64,000 nucleotides of DNA from an uncultured Adlercreutzia sp. Its GTDB lineage: Bacteria; Actinomycetota; Coriobacteriia; Coriobacteriales; Eggerthellaceae. The DNA is taken from assembly GCA_902478715.1 (NCBI GenBank), contig CABSMC010000002.1, positions 4,313-68,312 of the forward strand, given 5' to 3'. The notes beneath the pieces are model-generated. The model saw only the letters and a list, made by a program, of their open reading frames with translations, made no database searches and was not told the DNA's origin. Positions within the stretch are counted from its first letter, which is position 1, and every line of letters begins with the position of its first letter. The position numbers and the translations under genes were made by a program. Of this stretch, positions 29,876-39,624 are shown piece after piece.

Positions 29876-31810
29876 GTGACCGGACAGGGAACAATGACGG
29901 GCAGGGTCTTCGGCGGCCGTTACGAGATTAAAGATCGTATCGGCATCGGCGGCATGGCCGAGGTATACCGAGCCCAAGATAGCACGCTGGGCCGCGTCGT
30001 CGCCGTGAAGGTGATGCTGCCCCAATTCGCCGCCGACCCCTCTTTCACCCAGCGCTTCCGCCAGGAAGCCGCCGCGGCTGCAAACCTGCAGAGCCCCTAC
30101 ATCGTGAACGTGTACGACTGGGGCCAGGACGACGACACCTATTACATCGTCATGGAGTTCGTGCGCGGGTCCGACTTGAAAACCGCCATCCAGCAGCGCG
30201 GCGCCATCAACCAGCGCAAGGCCGCCGAGATCGGCGCCCAGGTGTGCCAGGCGCTCACCGTCGCCCACAACCAGGACATCATCCACCGCGACATCAAGCC
30301 GCAGAACATCATGGTGCAGCCCGACGGCAACGTGAAGGTGATGGACTTCGGCATCGCCCGGGCGAAGAACTCCGTGAACGACAAAACGTCCGCCGTGCTG
30401 GGCACCGCCCACTACATCTCGCCGGAACAGGCCCAGGGCAAAGATCTCACGGCCGCCAGCGACATCTACTCGCTGGGCATCGTGCTATACGAGGCCACCA
30501 CGGGCAAACTCCCCTTCGACGGCCCGGACGCCGTATCGGTGGCCATGCAGCAGGTGAAGGACGAGCCGGCGGCGCCTTCCTCCATCAACCCGAACATCGA
30601 TCCGGATCTTGAGGACATCATCATGGTGGCCCTTTCGAAGGATCCGGCGCGCCGCTTCGCCACGGCCAACGACATGCGCATCGCCCTGAACGATTACCTG
30701 GCCGGTCGTCCCGTCACGTTGCCGGCCGGTGCCATGAGCTCATCGTTCACCGAGGCCCAGACGCGTATGATGGGCGCCGTGCCCGCTCCCGTGCCGGGCA
30801 TCACGAGCACCCAGGTTATGCCGACGGTTGCCGGCGGCACGGCGGCCATGTCGCCGAGCTCCACGGGCAATTTCCAAGCGACGAACTTCCATGATGCCAA
30901 CACGAAGAAGAGCAAGAAACCCGTCATCATCGCCATTTGCGCCATTCTGGCCATCGCGCTGGTGGCCGGCATCGCGTTCGCGGTAACGGGCGGCTTCAAG
31001 CCGGCGACCCCTGCCGACGAGCCCATCGAGGTGCCCAGCGTGGTGGGCAATACCGAGCAGGAGGCCACCTTCACGCTGGAGCAGGCCGGCTTCCAGGTGC
31101 AGATTACGACCAAGGAAGACGAATCCGTCGACGAGGGCACCGTGCTTGCGCAAGACCCGGCTGGCGGCACCAAGCAGCAGAAGGGGACGACCATCACCCT
31201 CACCATTGCCGTGGGGCCCGACACCGTGGACGCGCCCAACTTCAAGAACATGACCATGGACGAGGCGCGCCAGGCGGCCGAAGACGCCGGCCTTAAGGTT
31301 GTGGAAGCCGAGAGCAAGTACTCGGAAGATGTCGCCGAGGGCAAGATCATTTCGCAAAGCCCCGCCGCCGGCGACCCGGTGAAGCCCGGCACCACCATCG
31401 AGGTCGTCACCTCCCGCGGAAGCGAGCTGACCACGGTGCCCAACGTCATTGGCATGACCGAGGAGGAAGCCATCGACAAGCTGCAGTCCGAGGGATTCGG
31501 CGCCGATGTGAAGGCCCGCGAGTACAGCGACAAGCAGGGCGAGGGCCGCGTCATGAAGCAGGATCCGCTGAACGACAAGGTGAAGCCCGGTGCCACGGTG
31601 CAGATCACCATTTCGAAGGGCCCCGAGCCCGAACCCGAGCCGGAACCGGAACCCGACCAGCCGTCGAACCCCGGCACCACTGATCCCGGCACTAACAACC
31701 CCGGCGGTACCACCGATCCGGGCACGGGCGGCGGCAGCGGCAGCGGCGGCACCACCGATCCCGGCAACCAGGGCGGCGACACCGGCACGACCACGCCTTC
31801 CGCCAACTAG
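29876..31810 (+). CDS. pknB: PASTA-domain Ser/Thr protein kinase
   Basis: GIGGMAEV, HRDIKPQN, DFG, YISPE; TM; three PASTA repeats; Pro/Gly/Thr tail. Confidence 0.93.
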   Translation: MTGQGTMTGRVFGGRYEIKDRIGIGGMAEVYRAQDSTLGRVVAVKVMLPQFAADPSFTQRFRQEAAAAANLQSPYIVNVYDWGQDDDTYYIVMEFVRGSDLKTAIQQRGAINQRKAAEIGAQVCQALTVAHNQDIIHRDIKPQNIMVQPDGNVKVMDFGIARAKNSVNDKTSAVLGTAHYISPEQAQGKDLTAASDIYSLGIVLYEATTGKLPFDGPDAVSVAMQQVKDEPAAPSSINPNIDPDLEDIIMVALSKDPARRFATANDMRIALNDYLAGRPVTLPAGAMSSSFTEAQTRMMGAVPAPVPGITSTQVMPTVAGGTAAMSPSSTGNFQATNFHDANTKKSKKPVIIAICAILAIALVAGIAFAVTGGFKPATPADEPIEVPSVVGNTEQEATFTLEQAGFQVQITTKEDESVDEGTVLAQDPAGGTKQQKGTTITLTIAVGPDTVDAPNFKNMTMDEARQAAEDAGLKVVEAESKYSEDVAEGKIISQSPAAGDPVKPGTTIEVVTSRGSELTTVPNVIGMTEEEAIDKLQSEGFGADVKAREYSDKQGEGRVMKQDPLNDKVKPGATVQITISKGPEPEPEPEPEPDQPSNPGTTDPGTNNPGGTTDPGTGGGSGSGGTTDPGNQGGDTGTTTPSAN

Positions 31811-31836
31811 GATCGGATAACGAAACCGTGAAGACC

Positions 31837-31870
31837 GGGCGCCTTCTCCTTCGGGATGGAGGCGCCCTTC
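31837..31870 (+). terminator. Stem-loop after pknB
   Basis: GGGCGCCTTC-TCC-TTCG-GGA-T-GGAGGCGCCC; only a short T tail. Confidence 0.5.
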
Positions 31871-31882
31871 TATAATGAGCCC

Positions 31883-32755
31883 ATGCCCAATTTGCTCGAC
31901 ATATTCGATAAGTTCATTCACGCCGACTGGTTCAACACCATGCTCGGCGTCGTGATCATCTGCGCGATCACCTTCGTCGTATGCCGCCTCACCGTGGCTT
32001 TCATGCGGCGGGTGCTGAACAAGACCTCGCTTCTGCCCTCCAGCTCCATTTTCATCAACTTGGTGCGCATCGTGGTGTGGGTCATCGGCATCTGCTGCGT
32101 GCTTTCCATGTGCTTCAACGTGAACATTTCGGCCATGATCACCGGCCTTGGCGTCGTTGGTATCGCGGTGTCCCTCGGCTTTCAAGACACGCTATCGAAC
32201 CTCATCGGCGGCCTGACCGTCAGCGTGTCGCGCACCGTGGAACCCGGCGACAACATCCGCATGGGGCCTTCCGGCGTCACCGGCGTCGTGCAAGACGTCA
32301 CCTGGCGCTACACCTCCATCAAGGACAGCTCGGGCACCATCACCAACATCCCCAACTCGCTCATGACCTCCACGGCCGTCTGTAAGCTGTCCCCCCTGAA
32401 CGAGATTTCCATTCCCCTGGTGGTCACCACCAACAGCGAGCGCCTCACTGCCACGGCCCACCACATCGAGGACGCCGCCGAGAAGGCCGTCGCCCGCGTG
32501 AGCAAGCTGAAGAAGCGGCCCAGCGTGTCGTTCTCGTCCATTAGCGATTACGGATTCAAGGGTTCGCTGAGCTTCACTATCGCAGAGGCGTCCAAGGCCT
32601 CCTCTGCCACCGATGCCGCCATCCGCGCCGTGGCCCCCTACGTGCACAACCATCTCATTGAAGAGGCCATGGGCGACCTAACCGGGCAGAAACTTACTGA
32701 CGCCACCGGCTCGCTCGTGCCCGTCAAAGACGAGGAAGGCGCCTCCAGCAACTGA
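31883..32755 (+). CDS. Small-conductance mechanosensitive channel (MscS family)
   Basis: GLGVVGIAVSLGFQDTLSNLIGG, PGDNI, TGVVQDVTWRYT, IPNS; TATAAT 6 nt before ATG 31883. Confidence 0.88.
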   Translation: MPNLLDIFDKFIHADWFNTMLGVVIICAITFVVCRLTVAFMRRVLNKTSLLPSSSIFINLVRIVVWVIGICCVLSMCFNVNISAMITGLGVVGIAVSLGFQDTLSNLIGGLTVSVSRTVEPGDNIRMGPSGVTGVVQDVTWRYTSIKDSSGTITNIPNSLMTSTAVCKLSPLNEISIPLVVTTNSERLTATAHHIEDAAEKAVARVSKLKKRPSVSFSSISDYGFKGSLSFTIAEASKASSATDAAIRAVAPYVHNHLIEEAMGDLTGQKLTDATGSLVPVKDEEGASSN

Positions 32756-33133
32756 GTACGCGTAGCGCAGAACTTCGTGGCACTTTTGGGCACAAAAATA
32801 GCCCTGCCCCACGCCAGAGGATGAACCCACCTCAAAAGGTGGGTGCTCGCATCGGGTCTCCCGGCTTTCGCATCAACGGATGCGAATCTCCGTTCCAACC
32901 GCTTCTAGAGCTCCCTCGTCATAATACGTCGGTCCATCGCAGTATATGGCGGGAACAAGGCTTGATTTCAGTATACGCAAAACCTGGTGACAGGAAAGTC
33001 TTGACATACGGCACAACATAAGCTGTTGGATAAACGTTGCTCACCATCGCTGCTTGAAGGAGCGGTCATGCCAACTTTATGACAGAGACGCAGCCGACGG
33101 ATGCATGGACCGGAGTGCGCTACAATGGCGGCT

Positions 33134-33685
33134 ATGGAAAACGACTTCGAAAACACCACCATCTCGCTGTACGGCACGGTGCCCGACTCCATCGTGGACG
33201 GCCCCGGCCTGCGCTACGCCGTGTTCGTCCAGGGGTGCTCGCACCACTGTCCCGGCTGTCACAACCCCGAAAGCCAGCCGGCCGAGGGCGGCACCGAAAC
33301 GACGCTGGCGGCCCTTCTGGCCGATATTCGTGCCAACGGCCTCGTGCATGACGTGACCCTCTCCGGTGGCGAGCCCTTCGAGCAGCCGGAGGCCTGCGCG
33401 GCTCTGGCGGCCGCGCTGAAGCGCGAGGGTTACGGCATCTGGTGCTACACGGGCTACCTCTACGACGACCTTGCGGGGCGGACGGATCCTGCCATCGCCA
33501 ACTTGCTCGACCATATCGACGTGCTGGTGGACGGCCCCTTCGTGGAATCGCGCAAGTCCCTCGAGCTGAAGTGGTGCGGCTCCTCCAACCAGCGCCTGAT
33601 CGACCTACCGGCCACACGACGTGCCGGCTCCGTCGTGGAATGGCAACCCGTCTCGTTTTCGCTAGAGAAACCTTCTAACTGGTGA
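33134..33685 (+). CDS. nrdG: Anaerobic ribonucleotide reductase activating enzyme
   Basis: SIVDGPGLR, CSHHCPGCHNP radical-SAM motif, GGEP, GSSNQR. Confidence 0.92.
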   Translation: MENDFENTTISLYGTVPDSIVDGPGLRYAVFVQGCSHHCPGCHNPESQPAEGGTETTLAALLADIRANGLVHDVTLSGGEPFEQPEACAALAAALKREGYGIWCYTGYLYDDLAGRTDPAIANLLDHIDVLVDGPFVESRKSLELKWCGSSNQRLIDLPATRRAGSVVEWQPVSFSLEKPSNW

Positions 33686-33744
33686 GGCACGAGCCTCTGA
33701 AGGCTCAGCCTTGCAAGCACTTTTACTATTTCTGGAAATCTTTG

Positions 33745-34596
33745 TCAGCCGATGGGTAGACGCACCGTAAAGCGAGTACCGACATCTTCCTCGCTTTCCA
33801 CGAACACCTCGCCGCCGTGGTAAAGGGCGGCGTGCTTGACGATGGCCAGGCCCAATCCCGTGCCGCCCAGTTCCTTGGAGCGACTCTTCTCCAGGCGGTA
33901 GAAGCGCTCGAAGATTTTCTCCAGCTTGTCGGCGGGAATACCCGCGCCCGTATCGTTCACGCGGACGATGCCGATGCGGACGCCTCCCTCACCGCTTGGC
34001 CCTTCACCGGCGGGGACGTCCTCCTCATACACCTCCACGAGCACACAGCCGCCTTCGCGGTTGTAGCGGATGGCGTTTTCCACCAGGTTGTAGATCATCT
34101 GCTTGAGCAGGGTCTCGTTGCCCTGGACAGTAACTGGTTCCGCCTTGAGATGCACCTCCACATCGGCATCGGCAGCCAGCTTGGTCAAACGTCCCACGAC
34201 GCGTTCGGCCACGGCGCGCAGATCCACCGCCTCGGCTTCGTCGGCGCCGGGAGCCATCTCGTCGAGACGCGACAGGATGAGCACATCGTCGATCAACGCG
34301 CGCATGGCCTGGGATTCCTCATAAATGAGCTGGGCGAACCGGGGCACATCCTCGGGGGGCACCAGACCGTTGGCCATCAGCTCGGCATAGCCGGAAATCA
34401 CCTGCAGGGGCGTCTTCATTTCGTGGGAGACATTGGCCGTGAACTCGCGACGCATCTTCTCGGCCCGGGCCAGCTCCTCGTTGCGCGCGAGAGCCGAGGC
34501 CGATCGCGCCGGCTTGTCAGCGCCCGGCGTAGGCGCTGACGCAGGTGCCGCAGCCGCCCGAGCATCGCCGCAACGGGACTTATCAGCGGCACTCAC
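33745..34596 (-). CDS. PhoR-like histidine kinase (HisKA plus HATPase only, no sensor or TM domain)
   Basis: FTANVSHEMKTPL, NLVENAIRY, DTGAGI, FERFYR, GTGLGL; GTG overlaps the regulator stop (GTGA). Confidence 0.85.
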   Translation of the reverse strand: MSAADKSRCGDARAAAAPASAPTPGADKPARSASALARNEELARAEKMRREFTANVSHEMKTPLQVISGYAELMANGLVPPEDVPRFAQLIYEESQAMRALIDDVLILSRLDEMAPGADEAEAVDLRAVAERVVGRLTKLAADADVEVHLKAEPVTVQGNETLLKQMIYNLVENAIRYNREGGCVLVEVYEEDVPAGEGPSGEGGVRIGIVRVNDTGAGIPADKLEKIFERFYRLEKSRSKELGGTGLGLAIVKHAALYHGGEVFVESEEDVGTRFTVRLPIG

Positions 34597-35324
34597 GAGG
34601 CACTCTTCTTCAATCGATAGCCTACGCCGCGCACAGTGGCGACGGCTTCTTCGGAGCCGGGGGCCGCTTCGGCCAGCTTGCGACGAAGCGTCTTCACGTG
34701 CATGTCGACCGTGCGCGTCTCGCCGACGAAGCTTACGCCCCACACCTGCTCGAGCAGCTGCTCGCGGGTGAGCACCCGGCCCTTATTCTCCATAAGCGTG
34801 CGCAGAAGGTCGAACTCCTTGCGCGTGAGGTTGACTTCACGGCCGTCCGCCATCACCGTACGGGCGGACGGCGACAGCTTGATCGCGCCGACGACCATAA
34901 GGTCACTGGGTTCCGCTATCTCTTCTGCGGCGCCTTGGGCCGGACGATTCGCACGGCGCAACAGCGCGTTCACCCGCGAGATGAGTTCCATCATGCCGAA
35001 GGGCTTTGCCAGATAGTCATCGGCGCCGGCGTCGAGTCCCACCACTTTGTCGAACTCGGTGCCTTTGGCCGTGAGCATCATGATGGGCATATTCTCCGTC
35101 GCTGTATTGCCGCGCAGGGCCTGCAGCAGAACGAGGCCGTCGTCTCCGGGCAGCATGATGTCCAGCAGCACCGCATCGGGCGGCTCGGCCACACACCGCT
35201 CAACAAGACCATCGCCGTCGTGGAACGCGCGCACTTCCATGCCCGCCTGATGCAGCGCGTAAGCCGTCAGGTCGCGAATGTGCTCGTCGTCCTCCACGTA
35301 ATAGATGAGCGGGGCTTTGCTCAT
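34593..35324 (-). CDS. OmpR/PhoB-family response regulator
   Basis: YVEDD, LLDIMLP, LTAKG, DDYLAKPF, winged helix RTVDMHV..VRGVGY; next to the pst operon. Confidence 0.92.
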   Translation of the reverse strand: MSKAPLIYYVEDDEHIRDLTAYALHQAGMEVRAFHDGDGLVERCVAEPPDAVLLDIMLPGDDGLVLLQALRGNTATENMPIMMLTAKGTEFDKVVGLDAGADDYLAKPFGMMELISRVNALLRRANRPAQGAAEEIAEPSDLMVVGAIKLSPSARTVMADGREVNLTRKEFDLLRTLMENKGRVLTREQLLEQVWGVSFVGETRTVDMHVKTLRRKLAEAAPGSEEAVATVRGVGYRLKKSAS

Positions 35325-35510
35325 GGGGATCCTTTCTGGAACAGGTGCGCGGCCATTGTAGCGCAACAGCCGCGTAGCGCGGAGGTGGGCGGCGAGACGT
35401 CAGAGAGCCGTGGGGCGAACCGAACAGCCCACACGGCCTCGGCGCAACCGGAAACCTACGCGAAAGCGACCGACGGCGCGGGGCGGTGCCATCGGTCGCG
35501 AGGTGCGGGG

Positions 35511-36554
35511 CTAGGCGGCCGCCGCGTCGGGGGCCAGCGGCGTCTCCAGCGTGTCCGCCAGCGGATCGCGGGGACGGCGCGGCTTCTCGGGGAGAATCGC
35601 CATAACGATCTTCACCATCACCGACACAAGCGGCAGCCACAGCACCGTCATGGTCACGTTGAACAGCGTGTGCGCGTTGGCAATCTGCCGGGCGATGACC
35701 TCCACTTCGGGGCCGGCCGGCGGGATGGCGGCCACCACCGCGGCGGCAGGGCCGATGAGCCACACGAACAGCAGGCAACCCGACAGGTTGAAGATGCAGT
35801 GGGACAGGGCCACGCGCTTGGCGTCGCGGGACTGGCCGATGGCGGCGAGAAGCGCCGTGATGGTGGTGCCCAAATTGTCGCCGAGCAGGATGGGAATGGC
35901 GCCCTCCAGGCCGATGATGCTCGCTCCATCGACGCCCGGCGTGGCGGCGAAGTTCTGCAGCACGGCGATAGTGGCGCTGGAGCTTTGCACCACGAGCGTC
36001 ATGAGGGTGCCCACCAGAACGCCGAGCACCGGCACGCCCGTCACCTGGGCAATCAGGTCGGTGAACACGGGGTTCTCGGCCAAGGGCTTCATGACAGCGC
36101 CCATGGTGTCGATGCCGAGGAACAAAAGCCCGAAGCCGAAAACGGCAGTGCCGACGTACTTCATCTGTCCCTGCTTGGCGAGCTGCATGATGAGGAAGCC
36201 CACGAGCACGATGCCGAGCACGTAATCGGACAGTTTGAAGGCGATGATCTGCGCCGTGATGGTGGTGCCGATATTCGCGCCCATGATAATGGGAATGGCT
36301 TGGCGCAGCCCCATGAGACCGGCAGCCACGAAACCGATGGCCATAACCGTGGTGGCGCTGGAGCTTTGCAGCACCGCCGTGGCCAGTGCACCAGCCAGAA
36401 CACCGAAAAAGGGGTTCTTCGTCACGGCGGATAGAATGGCGCGCATGCGCTCACCGGCCGCCTCCTGCAGGTTGTTGCTCATGAGGTTCATGCCGTATAG
36501 GAACAGAGCCAGACCGCCGAACAGCCCCAGCCCGATTTGCAGCAGTTCTTCCAC
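35511..36554 (-). CDS. Na+/phosphate cotransporter family protein (short form)
   Basis: Two QSSS motifs, GANIGTT, GDNLGTT, IANAHTLFN. Confidence 0.88.
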   Translation of the reverse strand: MEELLQIGLGLFGGLALFLYGMNLMSNNLQEAAGERMRAILSAVTKNPFFGVLAGALATAVLQSSSATTVMAIGFVAAGLMGLRQAIPIIMGANIGTTITAQIIAFKLSDYVLGIVLVGFLIMQLAKQGQMKYVGTAVFGFGLLFLGIDTMGAVMKPLAENPVFTDLIAQVTGVPVLGVLVGTLMTLVVQSSSATIAVLQNFAATPGVDGASIIGLEGAIPILLGDNLGTTITALLAAIGQSRDAKRVALSHCIFNLSGCLLFVWLIGPAAAVVAAIPPAGPEVEVIARQIANAHTLFNVTMTVLWLPLVSVMVKIVMAILPEKPRRPRDPLADTLETPLAPDAAAA

Positions 36555-36676
36555 CTATGCGTCTCCTTCTCACGGCAACTCGCCCCTTGCAAGCCGCGTT
36601 CATCGGCAGGTCGCGCCCTTGCGGCCCGCGCTCGTCTCAGCAGGGAAGGAGTATGAAGCCTCATTGAGCAGCCGCC

Positions 36677-36704
36677 GTAAGAGCCACGTAAAATGAAAGT
36701 AAAA
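36677..36704 (-). promoter_or_regulatory. Putative Pho box: three TTAC repeats at 11-bp period upstream of the Na/Pi transporter
   Basis: GTAA at 36677, 36688 and 36699 on the + strand. Confidence 0.65.
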
Positions 36705-36738
36705 TCGTGCGGCGCTACCGACCGTTAAGCCCAACCCT

Positions 36739-36822
36739 CCGTAGGGGACGACCTTGGTCGCCCCTCTTTTGCCATGCGGACGCAACCCACCCGCGAGGGC
36801 TGACCAAAGTCAGCCCCTACGG
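36739..36822. repeat. Inverted pair of GTAG-type REP-like palindromes (REPIN-like) downstream of pstB
   Basis: GTAGGGGACGACC-TT-GGTCGCCCC at 36741; on the minus strand GTAGGGGCTGAC-TTTG-GTCAGCCC from 36820. Confidence 0.65.
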
Positions 36823-36836
36823 AAACGGGAATGCCG

Positions 36837-37664
36837 CTACCCAAAACGGCCAGCGACGTAATCGGCGGTGCGCGAATCGGTGGGGGCAGAGAAGATAGTG
36901 TCGGTGTCGCCGGCTTCCACCACCTCGCCCAGCAGGAAGAATGCCGTCTTATCGGAGATACGCAGGGCCTGCAGCATGTTGTGGGTCACCATGATCACCG
37001 TGTAGCGCTCCTTCAGCTGGCCGATGAGCTCCTCGATCTTCGCCGTGGAAATGGGATCCAAAGCGCTTGTGGACTCGTCAAGCAGCAGCACCTCGGGCTG
37101 CACGGCCAGGGCACGAGCGATGCACAGGCGCTGCTGCTGGCCGCCGGACAGGCCGAGCGCGTTCTTCTTCAGGCGATCCTTCAGCTCGTCCCAGATGGCG
37201 GCCGCGCGCAGCGACTCCTCTACGATGATATCCAGCTCGGCCTTGGCGCGCACCCCATGGCTGCGGGGGCCGAAGGCGACGTTGTCGTAGATGCTCATTG
37301 GAAACGGGTTGGGCTGCTGGAACACCATGCCCACGCGACGGCGCAGGTCGGTGGGATCCAGCGTGCGGTAGGCGTCGGCGCCATCGAGGAGCACCGAGCC
37401 TTCCACGCGGCAGCCCTCCACCAAATCGTTCATGCGGTTCAGCGTCTTCAGCAGCGTGGATTTGCCGCAACCAGAGGGGCCGATAAGCGCCGTCACCTGG
37501 TTCTCCGGGAAGGTGAGATTGATATCGCGCAGTCCTTGGAAGTCGCCGTAGAACAGGTTCAGGTGCTCGACGGCCATCTTCGCAGGGGCGGGTGCGGCCT
37601 CTGGAACCTCAGCTGCCGCGGGGACGCTCGTCTCTTTCGCGAGTTCTTTCAAAAAGCTCGTCAT
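36837..37664 (-). CDS. pstB: Phosphate ABC transporter ATPase
   Basis: [45 protein letters not shown] 37664 overlaps the pstA stop. Confidence 0.95.
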   Translation of the reverse strand: MTSFLKELAKETSVPAAAEVPEAAPAPAKMAVEHLNLFYGDFQGLRDINLTFPENQVTALIGPSGCGKSTLLKTLNRMNDLVEGCRVEGSVLLDGADAYRTLDPTDLRRRVGMVFQQPNPFPMSIYDNVAFGPRSHGVRAKAELDIIVEESLRAAAIWDELKDRLKKNALGLSGGQQQRLCIARALAVQPEVLLLDESTSALDPISTAKIEELIGQLKERYTVIMVTHNMLQALRISDKTAFFLLGEVVEAGDTDTIFSAPTDSRTADYVAGRFG

Positions 37665-38659
37665 TTCTTGCTCACTTCCATTTTCTGTGCCACCACGCGC
37701 ATGGCGGCGTTCAGCAGAAGAACGAGGATCAGCAGCACCACCGAGGTGGCGTAGGCCTCGTTCACATGCAGGCCCTCGCAGGCCAGGGTGTACATGTGCA
37801 CGGCCAGGGTGCGGCAGGAGTCGAAGAGGGCGAAAATGCCCTGGCCAGCGAAGTCGGGGATTTGGGCCACGGTGCCGGCGGTGAACAGCAGGGCCGCCAC
37901 CTCGCCCACGCAGCGGCCGAGAGCCAAAATGACGCCGCCCAAAATGCCGGGCACCGCCGAGGGCAGCACGCAGCGGGCCACCGTGCGCAGCCGCCCGGCG
38001 CCGAGGCCGAAGCCGCCCTCGCGGTAGGAATCGGGCACCGCCATGAGCGCCTCCTCGGTGGTGCGCATGATGACCGGCAGCACCATGATGGCCAGAGTGC
38101 AGGCACCGGACAGAAGCGAGAGGCCCCAGCCGCAAGCCGTCACGAAGAACAGCATGCCGAACAGGCCGTAGATGATGGAGGGAATGCCCTGCAGCGTTTC
38201 GGCGGTCACGCGCACCAGGCGCACGAAGCGGCTGCCTCGGCGGGCGTACTCCACCAGGTAGATGGCAGCGCCGACGCCTACGGGCACCGCCAGCGCCAAA
38301 GCCAGCAGCGCCATGATGACCGTCGAGGCGAGCGCCGGCAGAAGCGATACGTTCTCGGAGGTGTACTCCCACTGGAACAGGTCGGGGGTAAGCGCGGGCA
38401 TGCCTCGCACCAGGATGTAGCCCACCACGAACAGCAGCACGGCCGCAGTTACCGCTGCGGCGGCATAGGTGAGCCAGCGCAGCAAGGCCGACACCGCGCG
38501 GCGCCGACGGGACGAGCGGGCGATGCGCGTCTCCAAGGCATCTTCCTCGGCGAAGTAAGCAGGCATCAGATTGACGGCACCTAGGGCTCCCAAGGTCGGC
38601 GAGCAGGCGACCACCGAGGGCCGCGGGCGACGCAAGCGCAGGTTGAAGCCATCGCTCAT
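37661..38659 (-). CDS. pstA: Phosphate ABC transporter permease
   Basis: [25 protein letters not shown]; alternative ATG at 38566. Confidence 0.93.
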   Translation of the reverse strand: MSDGFNLRLRRPRPSVVACSPTLGALGAVNLMPAYFAEEDALETRIARSSRRRRAVSALLRWLTYAAAAVTAAVLLFVVGYILVRGMPALTPDLFQWEYTSENVSLLPALASTVIMALLALALAVPVGVGAAIYLVEYARRGSRFVRLVRVTAETLQGIPSIIYGLFGMLFFVTACGWGLSLLSGACTLAIMVLPVIMRTTEEALMAVPDSYREGGFGLGAGRLRTVARCVLPSAVPGILGGVILALGRCVGEVAALLFTAGTVAQIPDFAGQGIFALFDSCRTLAVHMYTLACEGLHVNEAYATSVVLLILVLLLNAAMRVVAQKMEVSKK

Positions 38660-39612
38660 CGCGCCTCACCTCTCTTCCGAATAACGCTGAGCAGCATCGT
38701 GATCAGCAAGATGAACACGAACAGGACCACGCCAGTGGCAATGAGGGCCTCGCGGTGCAGGTCGGCGGCGTAGCCCATTTCCAGCACGATGTTGGCCGTC
38801 ATAGTGCGCACGCCGGACAGCAGCGAGTCGGGAATGATGGGCATGTTGCCGGCCACCATAACCACGGCCATGGTCTCGCCGATGGCCCGTCCCAGCCCCA
38901 GCACGATGGCGGCCATGATCCCGGAGACGGCCGCCGGGGCCACCACCTTGAACACCGCATGCTCGTGGTCGACGCCGAGAGCCAGGGCACCCTCGTAGTA
39001 GCGGGCGGGCACGGCGTCCAAAGCGCTTTGGGCCACGGTGATAACGGTGGGCAGAATCATAATGCCCAAAATAAGGCTGGCCGCCAGCACCGAAAGCCCC
39101 GTGCCCGGCCCGAGCAGACGCACGAAGGGCACGATAATGACCAACCCAAAGAAGCCGTAGACCACCGACGGAATGCCGGCCAGCAGTTCCACGCCGCTAC
39201 GCAGGAAGGAGCCCACGCGACCGCGAGCGAACCGCGAGAGGTACAGCGCCGTGAGCAGGCCGCCCGGCACGCCCACGATCATGGCGCCGGCCGTCACGTA
39301 CAGGCTGCCCACAATCATGGGGAAGATGCCGTAGAGGTCGTTGGCCGGGCGCCATGTGGTGCCGAAGAGGAATTCCGGCAGGCCAATCTTAACCATAGCG
39401 GGTACGCCGTTGGCCAGCAGGAACAGGCAGATCAGCGCCACGGCGGCGATGGAGAGGGCCGCCGCTGCGGCGAACAGGGTGCGGGCGGCCCCTTCGCGAA
39501 GGGCATGGGAGCCGCGCTTGGGCACGCGAGCGGCCACAGGTGCCCCGGGGCCCGGCGCGCCCGGCACCGGGCGGGCGGCCGCTGCCGGCGTGTTCATCAG
39601 GGAGAACAACAT
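38656..39612 (-). CDS. pstC: Phosphate ABC transporter permease
   Basis: [25 protein letters not shown]; start may be 39597. Confidence 0.93.
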   Translation of the reverse strand: MLFSLMNTPAAAARPVPGAPGPGAPVAARVPKRGSHALREGAARTLFAAAAALSIAAVALICLFLLANGVPAMVKIGLPEFLFGTTWRPANDLYGIFPMIVGSLYVTAGAMIVGVPGGLLTALYLSRFARGRVGSFLRSGVELLAGIPSVVYGFFGLVIIVPFVRLLGPGTGLSVLAASLILGIMILPTVITVAQSALDAVPARYYEGALALGVDHEHAVFKVVAPAAVSGIMAAIVLGLGRAIGETMAVVMVAGNMPIIPDSLLSGVRTMTANIVLEMGYAADLHREALIATGVVLFVFILLITMLLSVIRKRGEAR

Positions 39613-39624
39613 GGTCGGGCCCGC

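Noticed and set aside
33001..33030. TTGACA and an NrdR-box-like CACAACATAAG upstream of nrdG
   Set aside because: Poor palindrome, no well-spaced -10, and far from the apparent leaderless promoter
36837..38669. 610-aa extended PstB (likewise the 950-aa ECF ATPase and 527-aa HydF)
   Set aside because: The extensions overlap upstream genes in another frame; supported starts are 37664, 52733 and 63000
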